The notes under the pieces were generated by a model, which was not told where the DNA came from, did no database searches, and was given only the letters and a program-made list of their open reading frames with translations. A stretch of DNA of 64,000 nucleotides from Felis catus. Lineage: Eukaryota. Shown one piece after another: positions 1-12,226 of the stretch. Each line of letters opens with the position of its first letter. The first letter of the stretch is position 1. Location: the NCBI RefSeq assembly GCF_018350175.1, contig NC_058369.1, positions 25,422,001 through 25,486,000 on the forward strand, in the 5' to 3' direction. A program made the position numbers and the translations under genes.

Positions 1-483
1 AAATGAAACTCAGAAAACTACAAAATTGAAAGGAGTGATAAATGAAGCAAATGCAAGATTTAGAAAAACCCATTACATTTTTTCCCCATAAATTCAAAAG
101 AGTTTTCTGGACTGCCACAAATTCAATATAAATTAGAAGTTGCCATGATTAGCCATTTACTTAATGCCTACTCAGGAAGATCAACCTTCCGTATAAAACT
201 TGGGTCAGTGTTGTTTTAACTATGAAAGTAATGGTTTATTTTAGACCTGGCTTATGAGTTTTTTCTCAGTGATTGTAGCCCTCACCCAAAACATCTTTAT
301 GCTGCAACAGCAAATATTAAAAATAAACACATCATAGGAATATATGCACTCTCATAATAACAACATATAACAGGAATAGTGGTAGTAAAAAACAATGTAT
401 TTTCTTAGGCAATAACTCAGTTGTTTAAAAGAACATTTCTGTTGTATCATAGAATAGGTTCAATCACATACCAGACTTTTTAC

Positions 484-611
484 CTTCTGTTATATCCTTT
501 AGGAGAGCATGGAAGTTCTCACTGTAAGATTAGCACATCAGGATTTTCATTTCTATTTAGGGTCTCCCCTCCCCGTAGTGGCCATTCCATTAATAGCTTT
601 GCTATAAATAC
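484..611 (-). promoter_or_regulatory. Possible promoter and non-coding first exon of the downstream gene (ASB14 by human synteny)
   Basis: MEF2-like CTATAAATAC (602-611), TATA-like CTAAATAGAA (551-560, minus), donor ACAGAAG|gtaaaa at 484/483, acceptor ttttgtag| at 18/17; no coding sequence visible. Confidence 0.35.
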
Positions 612-2138
612 ATGATCATAAGACAGTCTGGCACATTCTCCTTGTTTTTTACATGGGGTTTAGCTCTATTTGGAAACATGATCCCTTCTCTTCACTGCTA
701 TATTCATCAAATTTAAAGGACTAAACATTTTATTCCTGGTATAAAATGCTTTTGCAAGGGGTTGGCTGTGTGAAGTGAATTCATTCTCCTGCTCATGGCC
801 ACTGCAGACCAGAATCAGTTTTTCATCTGAGAGGCCATTTTCTCTGTCCCAACAGTCCTGATTCACTGGGTAGCTGCACCTACATTTTCTTTGGGCTACA
901 GAGCTGCAGCCTAAAGTGTACTGGGAATCCTAAGGAAGGAATTAATTCCACACACAAGATAATAAAATTTCAACTGTAAGTTTGTATTGTTGAAATGTCT
1001 TAAAATCGATAATCTATACTAATATTTTGAATGTATATACTAAATGAGAACATTAACTATTAAAAATAATGAAGAGACACTTGGTATTTCCAATTAAACA
1101 TGAAATAAATGCCAAGAAGCACGCTATGGCCTGGGGTGGACAGGCCTGCCGCCAGCCACCTTACTGCCTCTGTATGTACGCTTCCTGCCCGGGGGACTGT
1201 GAGAAATGGAGCTGATGTTGTAAAAGTATGATGTAAGGGGTTACTTCCGGAATTGTTTTGATACTTCCTTATTTATAACCATCTCTGGTAAGTGAGTAGA
1301 AAGGGAACTACTCTTGAAGCTGAAGAAATGACTGCACACTTGTGAAAACAGGTATTTTCTGATATTAAATTTTATCCAGTGGGACGCTTGGGTGGCTCAG
1401 TCAGTTAAGCCGCTGACTTCAGTTCGGGTCATGATCTCGCGGTGTGTGGGTTTGAGCCCCGCATCGGTCTCTGTGCTGACAGCTCAGAGCCTGGAGCCTG
1501 CTCCAGATTCTCTCAAAAAATGAATAAAAACATTGTTAAAAAATTTAAAAATTTTATCTAGTTTCCCCAAATATGATTTTCACATATATATCAAAAGTTT
1601 CAAGGATTTTTCTCTTTAAAAAAAAAAAGTTCATTTATTGAGTTTTAAAATTTCCTGTCACATGCTTTCCCCTATAAAAATAATAGCAATAATTTTTAAA
1701 AAGCAATTAAATATAAGGCGATTCCTTATATGACATTTACTTTGAATTATAAAAATAAATTAGAGAAATTTTTAAAAAAAGTTTATTTTGAGAGAATGCA
1801 AGTAGGGGAGGGGCAGAGAGACAGAGAATCCCAAGCAGGCTCCACACCATCAGCACAGAGCCCAACATGGGGCTCAAACTCACAAACCGTTAGGTCGTGA
1901 CCTGAGCTGAAATCAAGAGTCGGACGCCCAACCCACTGAGTCAGTCACCCAGGTGCCCCTCAAAGACTTTTCATGTGCTTTCAAGAAACATTTCTCTTCA
2001 TGTTTTCTAGAAGGCTGTATTGCAGTCAAGAGTGGTACACCAGGGAGAACAGTGCAAAAACCATTTAAAAGAAGGACACAAAGATACTTGATTTCATAAC
2101 ATATGTATTTTGAAGTGAAGATGACATAGATTTTCTTT

Positions 2139-2144
2139 TTTACT
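2139..2144 (-). terminator. Candidate variant poly(A) signal AGTAAA for DNAH12
   Basis: AGTAAA about 32 nt after the stop; no canonical AATAAA seen until 1782-1787. Confidence 0.4.
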
Positions 2145-2175
2145 TCTTTCAGATGTTTTCTTAAGTTTGTCCAAT

Positions 2176-2366
2176 TTAGTCATCCAGTTGACAAAGCAAG
2201 GCAACCCCACGCTTGATCCAGTGTTGAGTCGGTTGGTCTGTCTTTAACAACATTGCAATAACAAAATTGGTAGAATGTCCTGTTGTGGAGAGAGTTCCTT
2301 TACGTTCACTTGTCTTGTAAAGGGGACAGGTGTAGGCATTCGACTTCACAATCTCAGTCTTTTTAG
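2176..2366 (-). CDS. DNAH12: DNAH12 terminal coding exon ([18 protein letters not shown]...LCQLDD*)
   Basis: Acceptor ttttccaag|CT, TAA at 2176-2178, 191 nt. Confidence 0.95.
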
Positions 2367-3803
2367 CTTGGAAAAGAAAGAAATACATTCATTTGCTAAA
2401 GGGAAAACAGCCATTGGTACTAAACAACTTTTTTCATACTAAATCTAAGATCATGATTATGATATTTGAACATTTCAATGCTGTTATTGTTGTTTACAGT
2501 TGGGATATAATTATGGTTGTGAAACAAGACAAGTGATTTCATATGGGGCATGATTCTAGGGCTAGAGGACAGGAATCGATTCTAAGTTCTAATGACTTAG
2601 CTGGCATGAAAACACTCCAGAGGACCTGGGAGAGGAAGAGAAGGTAGGGAAGAAGTACTAAAATCCAGCACATTAATGCAGCAGACATAGAGACCTCGCT
2701 GCTTACAGCCCTAATACAAGAAACTCATAGATCAGAAGAAGCAGAACTTACTGTTTGCTTTCAGCAGGTTGTTCTTAAGAAAAACACACCAACACTTACC
2801 TACTCACAGAAAGAATCTATATATTATCCTTGAAAAGCCAGATAGGCGATATTAGGAGTCTTTCTAAACTAAGGCCACATTTCTCATACTTATAATTGAA
2901 CTGTGCTAATAAAAATATTTAATGGGCTCAGTGGTGATTGTGGATGATTTGGACATGCTTCCATTGATAGTTATCTGAGGACAAAAAAACCTAGAGAAGA
3001 AAAAACAAAAGAATGAGCCTCATTTGTTCAGACTTGTGGGAAAATGATGATGGCCAGAGGAGGGAAGGAGTGAGTCTTTCCCAGGAGGGCAGAGTTGGCT
3101 TCCCCGGCCTTCCCACCTGTGACTTGCAACATCTATGCCTGTGGGCACCTGTCTGGTTCCTAGTCCAAGGAGTTTCTTGTAGCCAGAAGACTCTAGCCAC
3201 TGGCTGGTGTCAAGCCTACGTGTCTCTGAGAGGTGTACAAAGGCAGTTCAGAATCAAAATATTGATGGGAAGCCCTGGACTCTGGAAAAGTAGAAGTGGG
3301 GGAAGGCAGAGAAAATGTTACATCCCTTGGGATAAGAGCAAAAAGAGGCAGAATGATATTCCTGAAATAATATGAATGCAACACAAAACGGGAATAATAT
3401 ATTCCCAATGTAAACAGTAAGTCCCTAAAAAATTTTTTTTTCTTTCTGCAGTTTATTTTTTATCATTTACATCCAAGTTGGTTAGCACATGGTGCAACAA
3501 TGATTTCAGGAGTAGATTCCTTAAGCCCCTTAATAATTTAGCCCATCCCCTCTGCCACAACCTCTCCAGCAACCCTCTGTTATCCACATTTAAGAGTCTT
3601 TTATGTTTTGTCCCCTCCCTGTTTTTATATTACTTTTGCTTCCCTTCCCTTATGTTCATCTGTGTCTTAAAGTCCTCATATGAGTGAAGTCATATGATAT
3701 TTGTCTTTCTCTGACTAATTTCACTTAGCATAATACCCTCTAGTTCCATCCACGTAGTTGCAAATGGCACGACTTCATTCTTTTTGATTGCCGAGTAATA
3801 CTC

Positions 3804-3840
<37 letters not shown>

Positions 3841-4888
3841 GCATCTTCTTAAAAAATTTTTTAATGTTTATTCATTTTTGAGAGACAGAGACAGAGCATG
3901 GTGGGGGAGGGGCAGAGAGCAAGAAGGAGACAGAATCCAAAGCAGGCTCCAGGCTCTGAGCTGTCAGTACAGAGCCCGACGCAGGGCTTAAACTCACGAG
4001 GTGTGAGATCATGACCTGAGCAGAAGTCAGACACTTAACCAACTGAGCCACCCAGGTGCCCCTAAGCCACTATTTATTGTAACTGAACAAAGTCTTAATA
4101 GATTTGAGCAGAGACTTATTTGGGGGAGCCATTAAAAAATGTCTATCATTATCCTCCCTAAAACTCTAACAAATTTTGTTAGGAGTATATTTACTTGGTT
4201 TTATCCATATGATGGGCATCAGGTCAAAGAGAAGTTTGGGATGTTGCTCGGCAAGCAATCCACTGTGAAGAGAAATGGAAACATTTATTAGAAATAAGGT
4301 GAAATTTGCTTCTAGAAATTGCTACTGAGATATTGGCTTTTAATACAAGAGAGGACTGGAAATATGCAGAGAAAGAAATATAAAACAAAACCAAGGAGGA
4401 AGCAATGAATAACAGTGGACAAATACCAATTCTTGCCGCTTTTTAAGTACCATCCATGAAGCACACACTATCCTATCACATTTGATCATCACCATGATCT
4501 TGTCCCCTTCCTTTTCCACACACAGGTGAACAGTGAAGGCTCAGAGAGGTTGAACAGTTTTCTCATAGTAACACAGCTCTTAAGTGCCAGAGTCAGGATT
4601 CAAACATACATCTGCCTGTCTAGTAAACCTGTCTTCTTTTCCCTGTGCTATATTGTTTATTTATTTGAGAAAAGGAGGGAGGGAAGGAAGGGAGGGACAG
4701 GAGAAAAGATGAATATATATATTCATCTATGTAAGTTAAATGATAAAAATGGAGAGGTGTGCATCAGTGGCTTAGTTGGTTAAGCGTCTGACTCTTGATT
4801 TCAGTTCAGGTCATGACCTCACGGTTTCTGAGATCAAGCCCTGCATAGAGCTCCATGCTGACAGTACAAAGCCTGCTTGGGAATCAAT

Positions 4889-4940
<52 letters not shown>

Positions 4941-7900
4941 ATAAACTTAAAAAAAGGAAGAGAGAAATAACCAAATGAACTAGGTGCAGCTAAGTCTGCT
5001 CAGAGCTCGGTCTTGGAATTATCTTTGTAATAATACAAAGGAGCTCCTTCCTGCTCCTCCTCAAGCGATTTTCTGGGTCTCAACATTCAACCCTCCCTTG
5101 AGAGCAAAGCCTAGCCCTGACCCTGGAAATAGAGGGTTATGCTTATTAACGGACTGATAAAGAGCAGGGCTCCAAGGGAAATAGTCTCTCCCCTTCTCTC
5201 TTACCCCTATGTATCTTATTTTTTTTTAATTTTATTTATTTTTGAGACAGAGTGAGAGTGCAGAAGAGGTGCAGAGAGAGAGAGAGGGAGACAGAGGATC
5301 CGAAGTGGGCTGCATGCTGACAACAGAGAGCCCGATGTGGAGCTTGAACTCTGTGAGATCATGACCTGAGCTGAAGTCAAGAGCCAGGCGCTTAACTGAC
5401 TGAGCCACCAAGGCCCCCCACCGCTACGCATTTTAAAAAGAATAGCAATGCTTGGTTTCCTAAGCTGGAAATTCAGTATTTATTTTAAATATTTATTTAT
5501 TTTGTCATATAAGAGAAAGTTTTCCATTCACTAACAGAAATGGGAAGTTCATTCTAACTGTGAAATGTTCAAAAGTTAGGTGCTCCTGCACATTACAAAA
5601 TGGAAGGTAACAGTCCTAAAACAGAAGAAGTAAGAAATAATTTCAACTAACTTTTCTAGTCATAAGACCATTGAAATATTAACTAAAAATTCTTCAGGAC
5701 CTAAAAATACTCACTTATCAATTGCCCCAGCCTGAGTAATGATTTATGGCAAGAATTCTGATATTATTTTTTACTTGCCATAGTCCCTAGAAGAGCCCTT
5801 TTGTTGCAGGGGTGGGGTGGGGTGGGTGGGAAGCAGTGTTCTACTTATTCATCTGCAATGAAGAAGTCTCGGCAGTTGAAAGCCCTGACCTTGTTCGGGA
5901 CCAGCGTGCTCCATCAAGATATAACCCGTGGATGTAAACGCCGTCCTCTGGCGCCGTCTCAGATGTATCTGAAGGAATAACCTGAAGGGAGAGGCACATG
6001 CTAGTAACGGTCTCTTCCCCAGACAACTTTGTCTCAGAAGGAAAACATCTGCTCAATTTTCAGAACATACTCAGGGAAACGCGACTATATGATAGGTTGT
6101 GAAACTATAAATTTTTCAGTAGGAGTGTAAGTGTCAAAATGTATAATACAGTTCTTTTTGAAGCATTTTATCACTTTTTATTGTACCTCATGTTTTTGCT
6201 GAAACCGGAGAGCAGCATTAGATGATCTGAGTTAAAAATGGAGATATATATCTAAGTCCTATCAGACGTAGCAAGGCAAACATACACTTTCTTCATGAAA
6301 CACAAAGAATGGAAAGAAGTCATTTATAATGGACCATAAAAATATGAATCCTGCATATCTTCCTTGATTAACTACATGATTTTGAAATAATGATATACTG
6401 TGGAATTCAGGGGGGTTTGTACCTCAAATTCATATCCTAGTAAGTCAATAGGGATGGTATATTTTCTGGCATAATTCTGCATCGCTCCAGTGAGAAAGGC
6501 TTGGGTGAAAAAGAATCCTGAGAGCCAAAACACACAAGGTTTTCCTGAAGTATACCAGTCCTGGAAGGGGAAAACACAGTGCACTATGTTCATTTCCAAA
6601 CTCCCACGAGCACCACCTGATCTGTAATTCCTGATTCTGGTTTGTGTGTTGTCCACATTTTCCACCACAGGACTCTCTTCCCCGACACAAACATGCAACC
6701 TACCTTGGCCTTCTACCTCTTTTCCCTTATAGTCACTCTTCTTGGATAATTCAAACTAATTTTAACATTAACCTGAATAACACAAAGTTTGAAAGGTTCA
6801 AATCTACAAAGAGCTGAGAGTAAATTATTTGGGGATGTGTGACTTACTCCCACTCAAAAGCAACCATCTTCAGATATCTCATGCAGTATATGACAGAGTG
6901 TTGATTCCAGCTCCTTAAAACTCTGGACTCCCCCCTGCCTCCACGCTTACTTCAGTTCAGATGTCCATTGTCCTTTTTCTGTATCGATGTGCACGTCTTC
7001 TCACTTCTCCCCTCTCTCTGCTCAGTACATCTAGAGTAATGTTTCCAGAGTATACCTCACCATGCATGGTCTGGATTGCATTTAGCATCTTGCATAATTC
7101 TTCAGTAATCAATCTGCTACTACTCTACCAAATTAAAGTCTAAGCACCTTAGTCTCCTATTTAACATACTTCATAATCTAGCCCCAAATTGTGTTTCCAG
7201 CTTGATTCCTTTTTAAAATTTTTATGTTTATTTATTTATTTTGAGACAGAGAGTGCACACGCAAGTGGGGAGGGGCAGAGAGGGAGGGAGGGAGAGAATC
7301 CCAAGCAGGCTCTGCGCTGTGAGTGCAGAGCCTGACGAGGGGCTTGAACTCATGAGCCATGACATCATAACCTGAGCCAAAACCAAGAGTCGGATGCTCA
7401 GTTGACTGAGCCATCCAGGCACCACCCCACCCCCCCAGCTTGATCCCTTAACAGAAGACCATGGGGGAGGGGAAGGGGAAAAAAGTTACAGAGAGGGAAG
7501 GAGGCAAACCATAAGAGATTCTTAAATACAGAGAACAAACTAAGGGTAGATGGGGGGTGGGGGAGAGGGGAAAGTGGGTGATGGGCAGGGAGGAGGGCAC
7601 TTGTTGGGATGAGCACTGGGTGTTGTATGGAAAACAATTTGACAATAAATTATATTAAAAACATAAAAATAAATAAACAATTCTCCTTCAAGCATCTTAC
7701 ATTGTAACCAGACTACACTATGTGCTGGTCTTTTCTCTGCATTGGGTGGACATCTGTTGTATTTTCTGCTTGTCTTAAAGTGACACTACTCTTCCATCCT
7801 TCTGGAAGAAGAACTTTTCTATACTCTCAACCCATCCCTTCTGGTGCAGGAACTCCACTTCCTGGGGTGGGCATGTGATTCCTGCCTGGCCAATGATACC

Positions 7901-10900
7901 CCCCAGTCATAGTGATTGATACAGGAATGGACATGTGACCCAGGCAAAGACAGAGATGTGGAGACTCTTGCTAGGACTTTTGGGGAAAAGATGCTCAGCT
8001 ATTTGAAGTTGTGTGGATGTGAGGCCAGAGTTGCTGCTGCTGTTTTGCTACCATCACATGAGAACCTACCTGAGAATGGAGTCAACCCTCAGAGAAATGG
8101 AGCCAGGAAATGAAGTGCAAGAATCCAGGACCAGGGCACTATTTTGTACCCCAGATCACCTCCTTCCTGGAGCCACTTGGCCCCCTGGATTTTTCAATTA
8201 CTGAGGTAATAAACTTTATTTTTGTATATGTCAAATTTTGCAACAGAATCAATTCTAAATGATACAGTGCCTTTCGTTGCTCAGCTATCTCTAAGTTCTT
8301 TTCCTTTTTTTACAGTGTCTGAAACCTCTCATAGTTTAGACCTGGCTCAAGTGCTTCTTCATCCAATAAACAAACCCTGCTTTCCTGAGCTAGAAGAACT
8401 CTCTCCCTTTGAATTCCCAGAGCATTTTACAAGTTGATCTGCTATGACACATCCCTTACTCTATTATATTCGTGGTTGGTTTGTTTTTTCTTAGATACAT
8501 AGCTTATCCCCCTGTAGGCTTTTGGCAACTTGAAGGCAGGGCTTACGTTGTCATTGCCTTTTTATCTCACAAAGCACACAACAAGATGTTTTGGACAAAA
8601 TGGGTCTCAGTTCACATTAGTTGAGAGAATAAAATGAATCAATAAAATGAACTTTGTCTCTGAGCGAGCAGTGCACTGTGGGAAGAAGCCAGCTTTGCTT
8701 CCTGGGAGGAAGAGAACAAACCACTGCTGGAGATGTTGCAATAGTCCAAGCTACCAAATCAAGAAGAGGTAGAGAAAGAGGCGGGGCTTGACAAGGACAC
8801 AAGCCAGGCAGATCCAGCACTGTGTGCAAGAAAGCTGTAAGAACCCAGAAGGCAAGTGTATAGAAAATTCCCTGGCTCACTCCAGGGCTTCATTTAGCCA
8901 AGAATGTCATGAGTGTCTGGGTCAGTGACTTGTACAGAGTTTCTGAATTAGCTACCATTTACTGGATGCTTAGTGCTTGCCAGGCATTGTGCTAAGCACT
9001 TGACATGCATCACCTCATTTAGTCCACAAAATAACTCCGTGAGTTATTCCTCCCATTTTACAGACAAGGAAACTGGAGTGCAGAAAGATGAGTAATATCT
9101 TGCTCCAAGTCACACAGTCACTAAGTGTCAGATCCAGGATTTAACCTGAGAGTATAACCAGTGTGTAAAACGCTTAGAAAAAAAAAAATAAAAAGCACAA
9201 GAAGGCAAAAGGGAAGATAAATAGGGTAAATGGTGATAGAGAAATGAGGAAAAGGCAGAAACTCCAGATGACTCATTTGCTTAATTAAGAAGCATTAGGA
9301 GATGAAGTCAAGACTCCAGGAGAGGGGGAGCCTGGGTGGCTCAGCTGGTTAAGTGTCTGACTTTGGCTCAGGTCATGATCTCACGGTTTGTGGGTTCAAG
9401 CTCTGCATTGGGTTCTCTGGTGTCAGCACAGAGCCTGCTTCAGATCCTCTGTCCGCTCCCGCCCCCCCACCCCCCCCGCCTCTCCCCTGCTTGTGCTCTG
9501 TCTCAAAAATAAATAAACCTTTAAAAAAAAGAGTCCAGGAGAAAGAAAGGTAAGAGGAAAACTGTATGGCTTCTCTAAGGGTAAGAGGACAATGGGGACA
9601 GATCCATTCAGAGGGAGGCATGTGGTGAGGGATGATAAAGGTGCCTGATAATAGAGTGAGGTCTTTCTTACTCATTCGAATGGAATGATTCCAAGGGAAA
9701 ATGCAGATTTCAGGAAGTAGGGAGTTGGACATGAACTTCACATCAACAACAAAAGGAATTTGTCCTGGAGACTATCCCTGCTGGCACCATGCCAGGACCC
9801 CTCTGAAAGACCAAGGTAATGGCTCTTGAATGCCCTTCAGGAAGAAGCAGTATATGGAAAGTGCAAGCAGTTCCAAAAAAAGCTTGGGAAATGAACTGGA
9901 GTATAAAAAAAAGGAAGACTGTGACAAGGGGAGGATATGATTAACTACAAGGCAAATGCCTTTTTTTTCTTTATTTTTTTTTAGTATTTATTTTTGAGAG
10001 AGAGAGACAGACAGAGGGTGAGCAGGGGAGGGGCAGAAAGAAAGAGGGAGACACAGAATCCATAGAAGCCTCCAGGTTCTGAGCTGTCAGCACAGAGCCC
10101 AACACAGGGCTCGAACTCACAAGCCGTGAGATCATGACCTGAGCCAAAATTAGATGCTTAACCGACTGAGCCACCAGGTGCCCCTAAGGCAAATGCTGTT
10201 GATAAGGGATGGGAAGAGGCAGGTCCACACAGGAGGAACTCCGAAGACATGTTGTACATGTGGCCAGGATTCACCTAGTAGACACAGTTTACCTATCAAA
10301 TTAGCAAAGATAAAAAACAACATATATCTGAGAAACAGGCCCTCTTATTCACTATTGTTGGGGATACAATGAAATAATTTTTCTGGCTGATTAGGTAATA
10401 TCAAAACCCTAAAAATCAAAACCTAAAATATCAAAAACCCTAAAAATATCCAAATGGAATTGATGACAGCATTAAAAGAATGAAGATCCACTGACCAAAC
10501 GAATAAGGATTCACTGAACAAGAGGAATTTTTCTAGAAACGCAAGGATGGTTTTCCACTTGGAAATCTAGTGAATAGTTCAATGCAATAATAAGCTAACG
10601 AGGGGGAAAAAATCACATCATTATCAATAAATGCTGAAAAGGCATTTGATAAAGTTCAACAATTTATAATTTTACCAAAGAATAGTCCACTTTTACTGAA
10701 TTCTTACCACATACCATGGACTGTTACCCTATGAGGTAAAATTAAACATTTTATGGATGAGAAAACCATTATGTGGCAACTCTTCTAGAGCCTGAACACT
10801 GCCAACCCCAATGTAGACTGTTTCTTTTGTTAAATGTAAAATCTATACAACCAGCTCCTATAAATTAATTTTTAAGAAATAGTTCAAAAGAAAAATGGGC

Positions 10901-11291
10901 CTAGGAAGGAGATGAAGAGGCGATTCATAGGAGAAAATACAAATGGTAAGCACACACACCAAAAGAAACACAAGCTCACCAGTTACCAAAAAAAAAAAAA
11001 AAAAGCAAATTGAAATAAGATATTATCAATCTATTCAATTGGTAAAAATTAAAAAGGGGTATATGAGAAAGCTGCTCTCTCCACATCCTCACAAGCACTG
11101 GCTATTTTATGATTAGCTTCTACAGTGAAACAAATAAAGCTCTTCTGTAATAAAAAGGCAACTAGGGACACCTGGGTGACTCAGTCGGTTAAGTGTCCAA
11201 CTCTTGATTTTGGCTCAAGTCATGATCTCACTGTCGGTTGTGAGATCAAGCCCCAAGTCTGGTTCCGTGCTGGGTGTGGAGCCTGCTTGAG

Positions 11292-11344
<53 letters not shown>

Positions 11345-12179
11345 GCCCCCCCCCCCTAAAAAAAAGAGGAAAAAAAAGGCAATTAAACAGGGAAAGGTCA
11401 TATACCTAATTTGAATTTCCAAAAAGTGTTTTTGGGGCTCTCCCCAACTCTCATAAATATTAACCCATATAAATATTAACCCCACATAAATATTAACCAT
11501 ACAATGGGGGCAAGCCAAGGAGCTAAGGAAGAGAAATAGTGCCCTGAACATCCTTTATATGTGTATTTTGGGATGGAGGATGGAGACTTAAAAGCATTCA
11601 ACGTTTCCCTGGTTTTATGAGATAAGGGATAAGAAGCATGGATTTTAAGACAGTGGCCAATTATTGGTAAATCCGTATCTCAGGCTCTTTTTTGAGATTT
11701 ACCCCCAGTATTAAAACTACAAGACCAAGTATGTGGTCTCAGAGAACCACAGACTTAGAATCTTTTTTTTTCCATGTTTTGTTTATTTTTGAGAGGGAGA
11801 GTATGAGTGGGGGAGGGGCAGAGAGAGAGGGAAAGAGAAAATCCCAAGCAGGCTCTGTGCTGACAGCAGTGAGCCCAATGCGGGGCTTGAACTCATGAAC
11901 TGTGAGATCATGACCTGAGCTGAAGTCAGACATTCAACCAACTGAGCCACCCAGGTGCCCCAAACTTAGAACGTTAAAAAAATATGTCACATTTTACTTG
12001 GACTATGTAAAGTAAAATTTTAATTTTCTACTGAGTACTTTGAAATATGTGTAATTTTTAACATTCTAAAATTTTGGTTAGATTACCATGAAACCAGTAA
12101 CCACATTCCATTCAACCCAGAGACACCGAAGTGACCAGAGTGTTTTCTAATCTCTCTGCAGTCAACCAAAAACTAAAAT

Positions 12180-12226
<47 letters not shown>

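Noticed and set aside
1120..1295. ETS-like ACTTCCGG and a plus-strand GTAAGT suggesting an antisense promoter or exon
   Set aside because: Short motifs only, no CpG island, expected by chance.
3013..3375. 120-aa plus-strand ORF in the last intron
   Set aside because: No recognisable domain or splice context.
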